Source: Candidatus Bathyarchaeota archaeon (GTDB lineage: Archaea; Thermoproteota; Bathyarchaeia; Bathyarchaeales; Bathycorpusculaceae). From it: a DNA stretch of 64,000 nt. Both the position numbers and the translations under genes were made by a program. Location: contig CAVSPH010000014.1 of the NCBI GenBank assembly GCA_963729805.1, positions 6,832 to 70,831 on the forward strand, given 5' to 3'. Under the pieces are notes generated by a model. That model was not told where the DNA came from. It did no database searches and saw only the letters and a program-made list of their open reading frames with translations. This document shows positions 52,598 through 63,862 of this stretch, in pieces. Within the stretch, counting starts at the first letter, position 1. Each line of letters opens with the position of its first letter.

Positions 52598-54905
52598 ATG
52601 CCTTCAAACAGTAGTCAAACCCATAGCCGTGACAAAATTGAAGGCTGGATACTTGATGCTTACCCTTCAAACGAAGGAGAAATCACTGTTTGGATTATAA
52701 GCCAATCAGGTCAAAGAATCCACTTAATCGATAGTTTTCACCCTAAAATCTATGTTTCATCAAAACAAGACCAAATTGAACCTCTAATTGGCAAACTCTA
52801 CAACAATCCCGACGTAAAAAAATGGAATTTCGTCTACAAATATGCTCAACCCACGGATGCACAGAAAACCAAGGTCTTAGAACTTGAGCTTAGAGACTGC
52901 CGAAGAACACAGACCCTAACAAACACCATTCTAAGAATGGGAGATTACATGAGCTACCAGGTTCACAACTGCGATCTAAAAGGAGACCGTGCCTACTTTT
53001 TCAGCCACGACATCTTTCCCCTTGCATTCCTAGAAGTCAAAACTGAAAAAACAGGCCTCCAATACACACTACTGGACTCAGTCTCAAGTACTGACTATGC
53101 TATCCCTCCTTTGAGAGTAATGAAATTAGAAGTAGAAATTGCTAAGACAAAACAAAATCGCCGACTTCAAAGACCCCATAGGCACTATTCAAATGTATCA
53201 AGACCAAAAAGAAATACGAATTGACACAGGCGAAGAAACAGAAAAACTACTTCAACTTGTTAAAACAGTTCAAGAACTTGATCCCGACATCTTGGTAACC
53301 TCCGGAGGCGACTCACACCTTTTCCCCTACCTTACAGAACGAGCAACCATAAACAACATCATTGACAAGTTTACTTTAAGCAGAGACGGAACACCTTTTT
53401 CCTCAAAAACGCCATCGGGTAAAACATACTTCTCATATGGACGTACCTTCTACCGAGCAGGCCCAATTAGGCTTTACGGAAGAATCCACATCGACGAAAA
53501 CAACACCTTCGTTTTATCTGAATCAGGATTAGACGGACTAATCGAGATAGCAAGAATCTGCCGAGTGCCACTACACACAGCTGCACGCAACTCCATAGGC
53601 TCAAGCATGTCCTCACTCCAATTCTACCAAGCCATAAAAGACGACGTACTAATTCCAAGAAACAAAAGCATACCAGAAGCCTTCAAATCCGCCTACGAAC
53701 TCCTCGTAGGAGACCGCGGAGGATTCGTCTACGAACCCAAAGTAGGCGCCCACGACTACGTCGGCGAAGTCGACTTCAGCAGCATGTACCCAAGCATCAT
53801 GGCAAACAACAACATATCCGCCGAAACAGTCCTCTGCAAATGCTGCCCAGACTCACCAATCCTCATCCCAGAACTAAACTACCATATATGCAACAAACGC
53901 ACGGGCATAGTCCCTAAAACCCTAAGATTCGTCGTAGACAAACGCCTCTATTACAAGAAAATGAAAAAAGAAACCTCTGACCCACACCTCAAAGAAGTCT
54001 ACGACAAAAGACAAAACGCACTAAAATGGATCCTAGTCACCTGCTTTGGCTACTTAGGCTACAAAAACGCCAAATTCGGCACCGTAGACGGCCACATCGG
54101 AGTATGCGCATTTGGCAGAGAAGCCCTACTAAAAGCATCACATACAGCAGAAGAACAAGGGTTTGAAGTGATTCACGGCATAGTGGATTCACTTTGGCTC
54201 AAAAAACCAAACGCCGCCTTAGAAGACTACGAAAATCTTTGTAAAGCAATAACTGAGCAGTCAAGGATACCTATTAGTTTTGAAGGACGATACAAATGGA
54301 TCATCTTCTTGCCCTCAAAAATTCATCCACGAGTTGGTGTTTTGAACCGTTATTATGGGGTAATGGAAGACGGCAAAATCAAAATAAGAGGCTTAGAAAT
54401 CCGACGAAGAGACACACCCCACTTTGTATTTGACGCCCAAACAGAAATGATTAACACGCTTGGCTACAGCAAACAACACCACAGAACTTCGCAAGAAAAT
54501 TCCGTCTGCTGTGGACGTTGTTAAGAAGATACCGGCAAAAACTCTTAGATGGCGAAGTACCAGTTGAGGATCTGATCGTAACAAAGCGCATGTCAAAAAA
54601 ACCGGAGACGATACCGCCAACACGTCAGCCAGGTCATAGCAGCGGAGCAACTAATGAAAGAGGGGACAGAAGTCCACGCGGGAAACAGCGTAAAGTTCCT
54701 CTTCACGCATTCTAAAGACAAACGACATGAACGTAGAGTTAAAGCAGCTCAGCTTATAGAAAAGGGTGTAGAACCTGACGCTGAAAAATACCTCATGCTG
54801 CTTTATTCTTCCGCAGCCAACCTCCTCAGCTTCGAAGGCTACACTATCGAATCTATCTGCGACGCTATGAAAGGACAAAAACAAAAGAGCATAACAAAAT
54901 ACTGA
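52598..54905 (+). CDS. polB2: Family B DNA polymerase, PolB2 (Dpo2-like) group; several indels
   Basis: GWILDAY, SYGR, GRIHID, DRGGFVYEP, DFSSMYPS, KWILVTCFGY, HGIVDS, RGLEIRRRDTP. Confidence 0.88.
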
Positions 54906-54912
54906 AAGCCAG

Positions 54913-55641
54913 CTATTTTGGATGACCAACTACACTAAGACAAATTGCACTCTCTTCCGCCCCGTCTACACCAACAATCGAGTTAATTTCGTCATCAAAG
55001 AAAGCTCCAACGTGGCACGATCCACAATCAAGGCTTGTCGCAGCCAGTGCTAGGTTCTCCGCTACATGACCCGCGTCCAAATAGATGTATCTGTAGGCTC
55101 GCTGTGAATATTTCCACTTTGATCTTCTAAATACAGCTGTCCAGATGAAGACAACAGAAGCATTTGCACACATCAATTGATCTAACGCAGCATGAGAAAT
55201 GGCATCGCCAAAATTTCCAATCTTTATCTCTTCCAACAAATGGTTCTTGATATTATAGTGATAAATGCCTTCTTTCAATGTTTCAACGTTGTTAGCTGCT
55301 ATGTATGTCTCAATGGGATACAATGCCCCAGCTGAAGGAGCCACACGAAAATCATAACCATGCTCTATCCTTTGAATGCCAGTAGATGCCCAAAGAAGAA
55401 AAGACAAATCAACCAAACTCAAAGAATCATCAGAGAAAACTCGAATGCTCTTGCGCTTTTGAAGAACCTCAGCAAAATCTATAGTTTTTTCTTTAAACTC
55501 GCTGGGCAACCGAACAATTTTGCTGGAGGGATATTCCTTGTAAATTTCTGGCTTATTCGCCCAATCCAAACTACCACCAAGACTTTTACTTCGAACATAC
55601 TTTGTCTCTAATTGAAAATCGTCACCCACAGTTTTTCCCAT
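54913..55641 (-). CDS. SagB/ThcOx-family nitroreductase
   Basis: RKSIR, APSAGALYPIE, RAYRYIYLDAGH.AENL, GAFFD. Confidence 0.9.
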   Translation of the reverse strand: MGKTVGDDFQLETKYVRSKSLGGSLDWANKPEIYKEYPSSKIVRLPSEFKEKTIDFAEVLQKRKSIRVFSDDSLSLVDLSFLLWASTGIQRIEHGYDFRVAPSAGALYPIETYIAANNVETLKEGIYHYNIKNHLLEEIKIGNFGDAISHAALDQLMCANASVVFIWTAVFRRSKWKYSQRAYRYIYLDAGHVAENLALAATSLDCGSCHVGAFFDDEINSIVGVDGAEESAICLSVVGHPK

Positions 55642-55973
55642 AATCTGCACCTTCAAAAACAGTATTCCCACCAACCAATTGGCAACAAATATTATTTATT
55701 GGTTTGCCTTATCAACTAGAACTGAAACTTAGAATCTTAAATGAAGGGCAATGGTTTTGACAACTAAGACATTGATATGTGGATGCGTTTATGAAGAAAA
55801 CGAATGGATGCTTGTAAGAATAAAAGAATGCGAAAACCACCACAAGCAACGAACCAAAAAAGTAGAATATAGACCAAAATCGGAATGCTGCAGAAACGAT
55901 ACTAGAGGCGAATAAACCCAGTTGATATTAATTTTCGCATCATTTGTTGATAGAATAAGAAGGAAACAGTGAA

Positions 55974-56933
55974 ATGGAAAAATCAGTGGCGAAGACTCTA
56001 GTTCTTGTGATCCTAGTTGTAATTTTAGCTGCCACAGTTGGTGCCTACTATATTGAACAAAAAGAACAAACACCAAACAAAAACGCACTAAACCCTTCTC
56101 CGACCCCGACCCCTAACCCATCAATATCCCCCACGCCGACCCTTTCAACATCTCCGACCCCAGCTGCAACGATCTCTCCTTCCAACGCGAACCCGTTGAC
56201 CATAATTTCAGTCAGCATTATTCAGCCTGTTAACCCCGGCGGACCAACAATCGAAATCACCCTGCAAAATAACTCAACCAATGCGGTGACCAGCCTGCAA
56301 GCGATATTACGATTATCCGGGAACAACTACACCTACGTTTTCGACAATGTTTCCAAAAGCACCCCGCTGTTACCCAATCAGAACGTATCTCAAACAAGTA
56401 CCCTCATCGGCGCCGGATTTGAAACAAACCAAGAATACCCAATAGAGATCATGGGTACTTTGCAAGACGGCACTCCATTTAATTTCATCACTCCGGTGAC
56501 AATTCCTCAATCCCCCAATCAACTCATAGCATCTGGAACAAACGGCAATCTCCAACTCACCATAACCCTCAACAAAACCACCTACAGTTTAGGCGAACCA
56601 ATCAACTTTACCTTAACAATAACAAACATCAGCGGTCAAACAATAAACTTCACTCATACAGGATTGGATTATGATTTTCGAGTAACCAACGACACAAATA
56701 ACCTTGTATACCAATACTCAAACTTCCTAGCCATACCTCAATATGTATTCATTCAACCGCTTCCAGCAGGAGCAAGCATGTCCGCGAACTTCTCTTGGTT
56801 ACAGATATGTAATTTCAACACCGCAGTTCAGGGAGAACCAGTTTCACCTGGGACCTACAACTTAATTGGCTTAACAGGTCCGATATACGGAATAGAGACA
56901 ACGCCGATTGAGATTACAATCATTGAACCTTAA
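55974..56933 (+). CDS. N-terminally anchored surface protein with Pro/Thr linker and Ig-like (BsuPI-like) C-terminal domain
   Basis: N-terminal TM, PSPTPT linker, LNKTTYSLGEPINFTLTITN...YDF.V...PGTY. Confidence 0.7.
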   Translation: MEKSVAKTLVLVILVVILAATVGAYYIEQKEQTPNKNALNPSPTPTPNPSISPTPTLSTSPTPAATISPSNANPLTIISVSIIQPVNPGGPTIEITLQNNSTNAVTSLQAILRLSGNNYTYVFDNVSKSTPLLPNQNVSQTSTLIGAGFETNQEYPIEIMGTLQDGTPFNFITPVTIPQSPNQLIASGTNGNLQLTITLNKTTYSLGEPINFTLTITNISGQTINFTHTGLDYDFRVTNDTNNLVYQYSNFLAIPQYVFIQPLPAGASMSANFSWLQICNFNTAVQGEPVSPGTYNLIGLTGPIYGIETTPIEITIIEP

Positions 56934-57069
56934 CAAAATTCTTGTCCAGTAAATGAAAAATGTATATTGCCAAACTCGATATATTGCTAAAGACGAAATA
57001 AGCATCTTATATTAAATCGCATATCTTTCTATATAATACTTAAGTGAATATCTAAAAGAGGCATTAAAA

Positions 57070-57192
57070 ATGGAAATACTTTACGAATCAGAAGAAGATA
57101 TCGCTGTCAAACTGGAAAAGATATGCGGTGACTGGAACATATATGCGAAACTGATTAAGCGACCAAGACCACAACCATGGCGGTTAAACTAA
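57070..57192 (+). CDS. Small hypothetical protein (40 aa)
   Basis: AAGAGG before ATG; MEILYESEEDIAVKLEKICGDWNIYAKLIKRPRPQPWRLN. Confidence 0.35.
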   Translation: MEILYESEEDIAVKLEKICGDWNIYAKLIKRPRPQPWRLN

Positions 57193-57384
57193 GAAACCAA
57201 TTTTATTTGTTACTGAATAACTCTTAAAGAATCCTTTGACCCCAAAAAAGTAATCTATTTAAATTAGAAAACTGCTCTTGTTAGAAAAAGTACTTGTTTT
57301 AAGTTTTTTCCGATTCATTTATTAATATTTTTAGTAATTGAAGGCGGGAGAGTGTTTCAACTCCTAAATAAAGGCGAATAATCT

Positions 57385-59124
57385 TTGAAACTTAATTTAG
57401 TTGCAATAGCCTTGATTTCAATATTTATTTTAGTTTCAGGAGTTATCACTCCACTTCAAGTTTCCAGCGCTGATTTACCTTCAAAAATTCAGCATTTAAT
57501 TTTCATTGTGCAAGAGAATCATTCGTTTGATAATTACTTTGGAACATATCCTGGAGCTAACGGGATTCCAGCCAACACTTCACTTCCAAATAATACAAAT
57601 AATACAGAATTCGGATCAGTCGAGCCCTTCCATCTTGACGCATCTGTTCCCGTTTCAATAATAGGCGATGAACTTCCTCCAGGCGTATCGGATCCCTCTG
57701 AGCTTTCTCAACCAGACAATTCTTCTACATCTCCGTATCACTTTCTTACACAATCGATTGATCAAGATATTGGGCACTCATCTGAAGCAGCAGATCAAGC
57801 TTATGACAACGGAAAAATGGATCAATTTATCCCCGCCGTTCAAAGTACACTAACGATGGGCTATTATGATCGATCGGACATTCCTTATTATTGGGACTAT
57901 GCAGACCATTACGTCTTGGATGACAACTTCTTCTCTTCAGAGATGGGACCCAGTTTCCCAAATCACCTTTACATTGCCTCAGGCACCGATGGTCCTTATA
58001 ACTCAACTGAGCCATGGATCTCAAATTCAAGTATTATTGATAATCCCCCGTCTATCAGTGGGTCAGGCGGGGACGCCCCACTTGTAAATTGGCCTGGAGC
58101 CAGTTTTGACTGGTCAACTCTGGCAGAAGAACTGTCTATCTCTAATGTATCTTGGAGCTGGTATGATGGGAACACAGATCCTCTTGCCCCTACATTGTGG
58201 AATGTTCTCCCATTGTTTAATTACTTCCAAAACAATCCGGATCAACTTACCGAGCATGTACAAAGTACCGAAAATTTTGCTTCTGACATTCAAAACAACA
58301 ATCTACCAGCAGTATCATGGATAATGCCAGGAAGTTGGCACCCTCCAACTTTGCCATCAGTTTTTGCCGATGAATCTATAAGTGAGCACCCGCCAGCCCG
58401 CTCTGACGCCGGAATGGACTATGTTTCATATCTAGTAAACCAAGTAATGCAAAGCAGTTACTGGCAATCAACCGCAATCGTGATAACTTGGGATGACTAT
58501 GGAGGTTTCTACGATCACGTCGCACCCCCACAAATTGATCAAAGCGGTCTAGGATTTAGAGTTCCAACATTAGTGATTTCTCCTTGGGCAAAACCAGGTT
58601 ATATCGACCACACTCAATACGAATTTTCATCAATGCTCAGCCTTGCCGAGCACATATTTAACCTTCCAAGCTTAGGAGTAAGAGACGTCACAGCAAACGA
58701 CATGATGAACTCCTTTGATTTCAACAATTCACCTCAACCCACACTCATTGAACCAGCAAATTTTGTCGAGGCAGATTCGGCAACTGCTACCTCTCCATCG
58801 CCAGCACCATCAACTTCACCGGCACCTTCAACTTCACCTACCCCGTCAATTACTCCGACTCTATCAAATTCAGTTTCCCCATCACCAGAACCCTCCTCGC
58901 CACCTACGAATCTCTCAAATCCAACAGCAATGACCTCACCAACATCATCACCCTCAATGATACAAACTCCAAAACCAAACTCTGGCATAGAACTAATTTT
59001 GCCACTTATGACTATGGCAATTTTAGTGCCAGTTTTGGTGCTCTTAAGTACATTTGTTGCGAGAAAAAGAATATTGAATAAACATCGCAAGCATCTTACC
59101 GATTTGTATTCATGTTTGACCTAA
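57385..59124 (+). CDS. Surface-anchored phosphoesterase (phospholipase C/AcpA family)
   Basis: [46 protein letters not shown]; Ser/Pro/Thr linker and C-terminal TM. Confidence 0.9.
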   Translation: MKLNLVAIALISIFILVSGVITPLQVSSADLPSKIQHLIFIVQENHSFDNYFGTYPGANGIPANTSLPNNTNNTEFGSVEPFHLDASVPVSIIGDELPPGVSDPSELSQPDNSSTSPYHFLTQSIDQDIGHSSEAADQAYDNGKMDQFIPAVQSTLTMGYYDRSDIPYYWDYADHYVLDDNFFSSEMGPSFPNHLYIASGTDGPYNSTEPWISNSSIIDNPPSISGSGGDAPLVNWPGASFDWSTLAEELSISNVSWSWYDGNTDPLAPTLWNVLPLFNYFQNNPDQLTEHVQSTENFASDIQNNNLPAVSWIMPGSWHPPTLPSVFADESISEHPPARSDAGMDYVSYLVNQVMQSSYWQSTAIVITWDDYGGFYDHVAPPQIDQSGLGFRVPTLVISPWAKPGYIDHTQYEFSSMLSLAEHIFNLPSLGVRDVTANDMMNSFDFNNSPQPTLIEPANFVEADSATATSPSPAPSTSPAPSTSPTPSITPTLSNSVSPSPEPSSPPTNLSNPTAMTSPTSSPSMIQTPKPNSGIELILPLMTMAILVPVLVLLSTFVARKRILNKHRKHLTDLYSCLT

Positions 59125-59214
59125 ATTCTAATTGGCCCATGTAATTGAGTAATGATTTCAGTTTAGATTTAATCTAAGAAAAGTCTTTATGTTCACTTTA
59201 GGTAAATAACGCTT

Positions 59215-59233
59215 ATAGGTTAGACTACCCTAA
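59215..59233. promoter_or_regulatory. DtxR/IdeR-like operator candidate
   Basis: ATAGGTTAGACTACCCTAA matches 16/19 of TTAGGTTAGCCTAACCTAA. Confidence 0.45.
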
Positions 59234-59300
59234 AAGATTTTATCCGTTCTTAAGTAGAATAATTGGAACGCAACCCGACATAAGAACTCGAGGGAAAACA

Positions 59301-60836
59301 TTGTTTTATTTCTCAAAAAAAATTAAAGTAATTTTCACGGTGATTATGACGATTACATTATGTCTTGTAGTCGTTAGTCTCTCTCCAATAACATATTCTC
59401 AAACTAGCAGCTACCCGACTTTACCTTGCGTTATTAACACTTATGGAAATTCATGGAATGGGGACTTGGCTTTTGATCTTGAAATTACTAGTGGTTCTGC
59501 GAGTCCAGCAATTCCGGGTAACTATCTGGTCGTTGCAAATACCAATGGAACCGTACTAGATCAGCGTGAATTTGACCACAGCTACGGTGTCACATACAAC
59601 ATTGCACCTGATACCCTTATGTTCCAAGGAGAACCTTTAGTAGATGGAGCTTCAACCGCGCCAACTTTTGCCACTCATTTTTGGAACCTATCCACTGACA
59701 CAACTGAAGACTTCCCAAACGTTATTGGTCATCATGACCTTCAATATGACCCCATCAATAACACCTTCCTAACACTGCAAGATTACGTTAGGCAAATCGG
59801 AAATAACTCGATTCTTTTCGACAAAATTGTGCAACTCGACCCAAATGGCAATATTTTGTGGAGTTGGGACACATATGACCACATACCACTCAGCGAAGCC
59901 TCAACATTCAATGAAACCTCAACATATAACGGGCAAACCGTCGAGGACTTTACACATGCAAACTCTCTCGACTGGGATTACAACAATGGCGTAATATACC
60001 TCAATACACGTTGCCAAAACACTTTCTACAAAATTAACCAAACCACAGGAAATATAATTTGGGCATGTGGAGAATTCGGCAATTTTACCCTAATAGGCGA
60101 TAATGGCAAAGTGGTTTCAAGTTTATGGTACCATAGCCACGATACCAAAGAAGTTGCTCCAGATGTCTTCACTATGTTTGATAACGATTTCGATAATATC
60201 ACTAACCCAGCTGATTGTCACAGCAGAATGCTTGAACTTACATTAAACGAAACAAGCATGACAGCCTACGTGAACTGGAGTTGGGAAGCCCCAACACAGT
60301 ACTGGAATACGTATGCAGGCGCAACTCTTCTCCTTCCAAACGGAGACTACATAGGCGACTTCGGTGATCCAACACATCAAAACACAATATTTCCAGAAAA
60401 CCAACCTTGGAATTTCAATGACACTGGAGCAGTACTAATCGAAGTAAATCCAGCAGGACAAATAGTGAAAACTTTCACTTTTCCGGTTGGCTGTTACATT
60501 TACCACATTGATACCGTATCCAACCCAACTGCCGGCGATTTTCCAGCCCCTGTCCCAGACGTAACCCCAACCCCAATCCCGACGCCAACCACCATCCCAA
60601 CCCCAGCCCCCACCCAAACCCAAACCCCAATCCCGACGCCAACCACCACCCCAACCCCAGCCCCCACCCAAACCCCGACACCCACCCCAATCCAATCCCC
60701 AGTCGCAACCCCAACTCCAATAAACTCACCTAATTCAAATTTATTAATCACTGAAATAATTGGCGTGGTAGTTGCAGCAATTATGGTTGCGGCTATTTTA
60801 TTGATGATTGTATTTATTAGGAAAAAAAGAAACTGA
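59301..60836 (+). CDS. Surface-anchored arylsulfotransferase-family beta-propeller
   Basis: GHHD, D.I...D..G...WSW, DFTHANSL, HSHD, FDN; PT linker and TM ending RKKRN. Confidence 0.8.
   Translation: MFYFSKKIKVIFTVIMTITLCLVVVSLSPITYSQTSSYPTLPCVINTYGNSWNGDLAFDLEITSGSASPAIPGNYLVVANTNGTVLDQREFDHSYGVTYNIAPDTLMFQGEPLVDGASTAPTFATHFWNLSTDTTEDFPNVIGHHDLQYDPINNTFLTLQDYVRQIGNNSILFDKIVQLDPNGNILWSWDTYDHIPLSEASTFNETSTYNGQTVEDFTHANSLDWDYNNGVIYLNTRCQNTFYKINQTTGNIIWACGEFGNFTLIGDNGKVVSSLWYHSHDTKEVAPDVFTMFDNDFDNITNPADCHSRMLELTLNETSMTAYVNWSWEAPTQYWNTYAGATLLLPNGDYIGDFGDPTHQNTIFPENQPWNFNDTGAVLIEVNPAGQIVKTFTFPVGCYIYHIDTVSNPTAGDFPAPVPDVTPTPIPTPTTIPTPAPTQTQTPIPTPTTTPTPAPTQTPTPTPIQSPVATPTPINSPNSNLLITEIIGVVVAAIMVAAILLMIVFIRKKRN
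60570..60675 (+). repeat. 54-bp near-perfect tandem duplication in the Pro/Thr linker
   Basis: ACCCCAATCCCGACGCCAACCACC recurs at 60570 and 60624. Confidence 0.85.
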
Positions 60837-61034
60837 AACCATAACAAAATTAACTAAAGCGCAGAATTTAGAGAAAAGAAAACGCTAAACTGACTAAATA
60901 AAAGAAACAATAGCACCCATTCATAATTAATGAATCATAGATTGGGAAACGTTCTGGAAATTCCAGAGCCTAAACAAATAAATGGATATTAAGCTGTTAT
61001 CGCCATTTCCAAAATTAGTTCTATTAAGCTATGC

Positions 61035-61535
61035 TTACCATCCGCTGCTGCGCATATATCTTCTTCGCGATCTCCAAAACATCATTCGGACCACAAACAG
61101 GACCAAGAAAATCACCAACATAATAAGAAGGAACTCACCTGGAAAGTATCCACCTCCCATATTGAAAGCAAAAAAGTAAACCAGCACAAATGCAACTATA
61201 ATACCAATGGGCAACATAAGCAAAACTCCCAGGTAACGATACCAACTTGGTGGACCAGATCTATTCGTCGTATCACCCCCACCGCTTCCGGACCCCATTT
61301 GAGCACGTCGCTCTTGAAATTGTCTGAGTCTTTCTTCATTCAGATAGTACTTGCCGTTCACTTCAACAATAATGCCTGATTGACCAAGTCTTCTGTGCAT
61401 TGCGGTTTCAAACTGCGGTGGCAATCCTAACTCTTGAATGGTCATAGCTTTTTCTGGGCTTGTAGCTCCATGTTGACGAAACTTCTCCACTATCTCTTGT
61501 AAACGACGTCTCATTTCTTCTCTATTATTAAACAT
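61035..61535 (-). CDS. Membrane protein with a wHTH-like N-terminus and two TM helices
   Basis: ATSPEKAMTIQELGL...GKYYL, then two hydrophobic helices. Confidence 0.7.
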   Translation of the reverse strand: MFNNREEMRRRLQEIVEKFRQHGATSPEKAMTIQELGLPPQFETAMHRRLGQSGIIVEVNGKYYLNEERLRQFQERRAQMGSGSGGGDTTNRSGPPSWYRYLGVLLMLPIGIIVAFVLVYFFAFNMGGGYFPGEFLLIMLVIFLVLFVVRMMFWRSRRRYMRSSGW

Positions 61536-61553
61536 CTATCTGCCTCACTTCCG

Positions 61554-61796
61554 TCATTTTTCTGCACCGTCTCTTTCTGCCAATTCAAGTCCCGTCATAA
61601 TTCTTTCCGCAAATTCCCGCATAGCATCAGCTTTTACCATTACAATACCACGGCGATTTCGTCCAGTCATAACAAACAGAAGATCGCCAGGCTTAATGTC
61701 AAGTTCTTTACGGGCTTCTGCAGGAATGACCACTTGCCCTCGATCGCCTACTTTTACTGTTCCATAGAGTCGAGAGTCTTTACTTCGTTCAACCAT
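61554..61796 (-). CDS. AbrB/MazE/SpoVT-family DNA-binding protein
   Basis: VKVGDRGQVVIPAEARKELDIKPGD. Confidence 0.9.
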   Translation of the reverse strand: MVERSKDSRLYGTVKVGDRGQVVIPAEARKELDIKPGDLLFVMTGRNRRGIVMVKADAMREFAERIMTGLELAERDGAEK

Positions 61797-61917
61797 AAAT
61801 ACACACTTTTCCCATATTTCACACTAATATGAAAAATACATTTAAGAATTTTCCCAAATTCGCAAAGTCAAAAAATGTGTTATCTTAGATTAGAAAAAGA
61901 ATTGACGTCAATTCTAA

Positions 61918-62778
61918 TCATTCAGCAAGAGGTGGAGGAGGCGGCAGAGGCAAGTTGCTACGTTTCCTCAGAAAAACCAAAGCAACTAAAACAACTGCAA
62001 CAACCACAACAACGGCCACAACTATGTAGATTAGAACAGATGAACTCGGTGAGGTGGAAGGTGGTGTTGGAGACGAATTGGCATTACCCTGAAGAGTTGC
62101 CGTCTGCAATAATAGAGAGTAATTTGAAATTTGAGCTACCATACTAGCTGTAACATCGAATTCACTTAGTACGAAAGTGGTAGAGTTATCTGGAACCAAA
62201 GGATCGTTCACAAGAACGAAACCCACCGCAACTACGTTGCCTGCACTGTTATAGTAAGTTCCAACTACCCTAATGTCGGCCGCTGTTTGGTTACCAATGT
62301 TAGTAATTAATCCCATTATGGTATAGACGCCGTTGAGAGTACTGTTGAAGGCAGTATGCACGATTAGACCTGAATACTCTTGATCCTGAGTCTGGGGGGC
62401 GCCAGTAACAGTAAAGGTAACAGAACTAACAGTTGAAGTCAAACTAGAGCCAGCACCAGGGTTACCAAAGTCAATGTAAAAAGGCGCTTTTTGCTGGGGA
62501 AGGAGGTAACTTACATAGGGCATACCAGTGGCAGAGGCTAGTTCTGTCCCGTCTGAAGCATAAGCAGCTGCAGTCAAAGAGACGGTCTGCAAAATAGAAG
62601 ACCCTGTATTCTGCACTTCACCAATCACAATAAGATCATCATTTGAATTAACGTACCAAGTATAACTCACAACTTTGACGTTAGAAACTGTTACTTGACA
62701 CAACGCATTCGGAACCAAAACTAAACTGGAAACAAAAATCATGCAAACCACTACTGCTATCAAACCTAACTTTTTCAT
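61918..62778 (-). CDS. FxLYD-type Ig-like surface protein (paralog 1)
   Basis: IGEVQNTG...LLPQQKAPFYIDF; TM followed by RKR and a polyproline tail. Confidence 0.75.
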   Translation of the reverse strand: MKKLGLIAVVVCMIFVSSLVLVPNALCQVTVSNVKVVSYTWYVNSNDDLIVIGEVQNTGSSILQTVSLTAAAYASDGTELASATGMPYVSYLLPQQKAPFYIDFGNPGAGSSLTSTVSSVTFTVTGAPQTQDQEYSGLIVHTAFNSTLNGVYTIMGLITNIGNQTAADIRVVGTYYNSAGNVVAVGFVLVNDPLVPDNSTTFVLSEFDVTASMVAQISNYSLLLQTATLQGNANSSPTPPSTSPSSSVLIYIVVAVVVVVAVVLVALVFLRKRSNLPLPPPPPLAE

Positions 62779-62887
62779 ACGGACACAACCACTTAGCCAT
62801 TTAACACTAAAGAACTATTAAAAATCTTTTGCTTAAACAAATATTTGATACTCGCTGAAACCTTCCTATGCAGAATAATAATCACAC

Positions 62888-63862
62888 CTACGAAAAGTTA
62901 GCTGATTCCTGTTGTTCTTCAGCTGGAGGAGGTGGAGGAGGAGGCAAGTTGCGACGTCTTCTTAGAAAAATTAAAGACGCTATAACAACTACCACAATCA
63001 CTACACCCACGATCACATAAATCAAAATGGACGAACTTGAAGGCTGCCCTGTAATAGGTGTAGCTGTCGGAGAAGAATTAGGCTGTTCCGTTGGGGTTGG
63101 AGTGGGCACGGGCGTCGGAGAAGACGTTATCGGCTGCGATTGGATTAGTAAAGAATAATTTGTAATTTGGCTTGACAGCGTAACTGTGTTATCTGTTGGG
63201 GTTGCTGTAAATGGAACAGAATCGCCCGGTCCAAACGAATCACTTAGGTAATCTGTAAAGTTTAGACTGGCAACTGCTCCAGTTGAATTATAAAACGTAG
63301 TCACAACCAAAACATTGCCAGCTTCTTCGGTTCCAGAGTTCTGAATTGTCCCAGTGACAGTGTACGTGCCTGAACTGTCAACGTAGGAAGTGCTGCTTGC
63401 AACCGTCAAACCTGAGTATGGAGTCGAATTGGTATCGCTGACGTAACCAACACTTACAGCTACACTGCTAACTGAAGAAATGTAGCTTTGATCTTGAGTA
63501 ATGCTATCTTCAGGAGCAAAATCTATGTAGAAAGGAGCCTTTTGTCCAGGAAGCAAATTATTTCCGAAAACCTGAGCTTCATTTGAATTTAAGACTGTCC
63601 CATTGGAGTCGTAAACAACACCGGTAACATCCATATATCCAATGATGTTTGAACCAACGTTCTGAACTTCACCAACGATAACTAGATCACCAGCATATGT
63701 TGCCAGAGCAGTATCCGCAGGAGCAACATACCAACTATAGCTAAGAATTTGAGCCTCGGACGAGTCCGCCTTCACACTTGTACTTATTAACATACTAAAC
63801 ATAGCTAAAGCTAAAACCGAAAGAATTAGAATCCCCGTCGTCTTTTTCAAATTACTCTTCAT
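62888..63862 (-). CDS. FxLYD-type Ig-like surface protein (paralog 2)
   Basis: VGEVQNVG...LLPGQKAPFYIDF; TM followed by RRRR and a polyproline tail. Confidence 0.75.
   Translation of the reverse strand: MKSNLKKTTGILILSVLALAMFSMLISTSVKADSSEAQILSYSWYVAPADTALATYAGDLVIVGEVQNVGSNIIGYMDVTGVVYDSNGTVLNSNEAQVFGNNLLPGQKAPFYIDFAPEDSITQDQSYISSVSSVAVSVGYVSDTNSTPYSGLTVASSTSYVDSSGTYTVTGTIQNSGTEEAGNVLVVTTFYNSTGAVASLNFTDYLSDSFGPGDSVPFTATPTDNTVTLSSQITNYSLLIQSQPITSSPTPVPTPTPTEQPNSSPTATPITGQPSSSSILIYVIVGVVIVVVVIASLIFLRRRRNLPPPPPPPAEEQQESANFS

Noticed and set aside
52598-54905. PolB as a casposon or pipolin marker
   Set aside because: The motifs are PolB2-type rather than protein-primed or piPolB; no cas1, integrase or terminal inverted repeats were seen
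54913-55641. SagB as part of a RiPP (azole) cluster
   Set aside because: No YcaO or precursor peptide is nearby; stand-alone SagB-like nitroreductases are common in anaerobes
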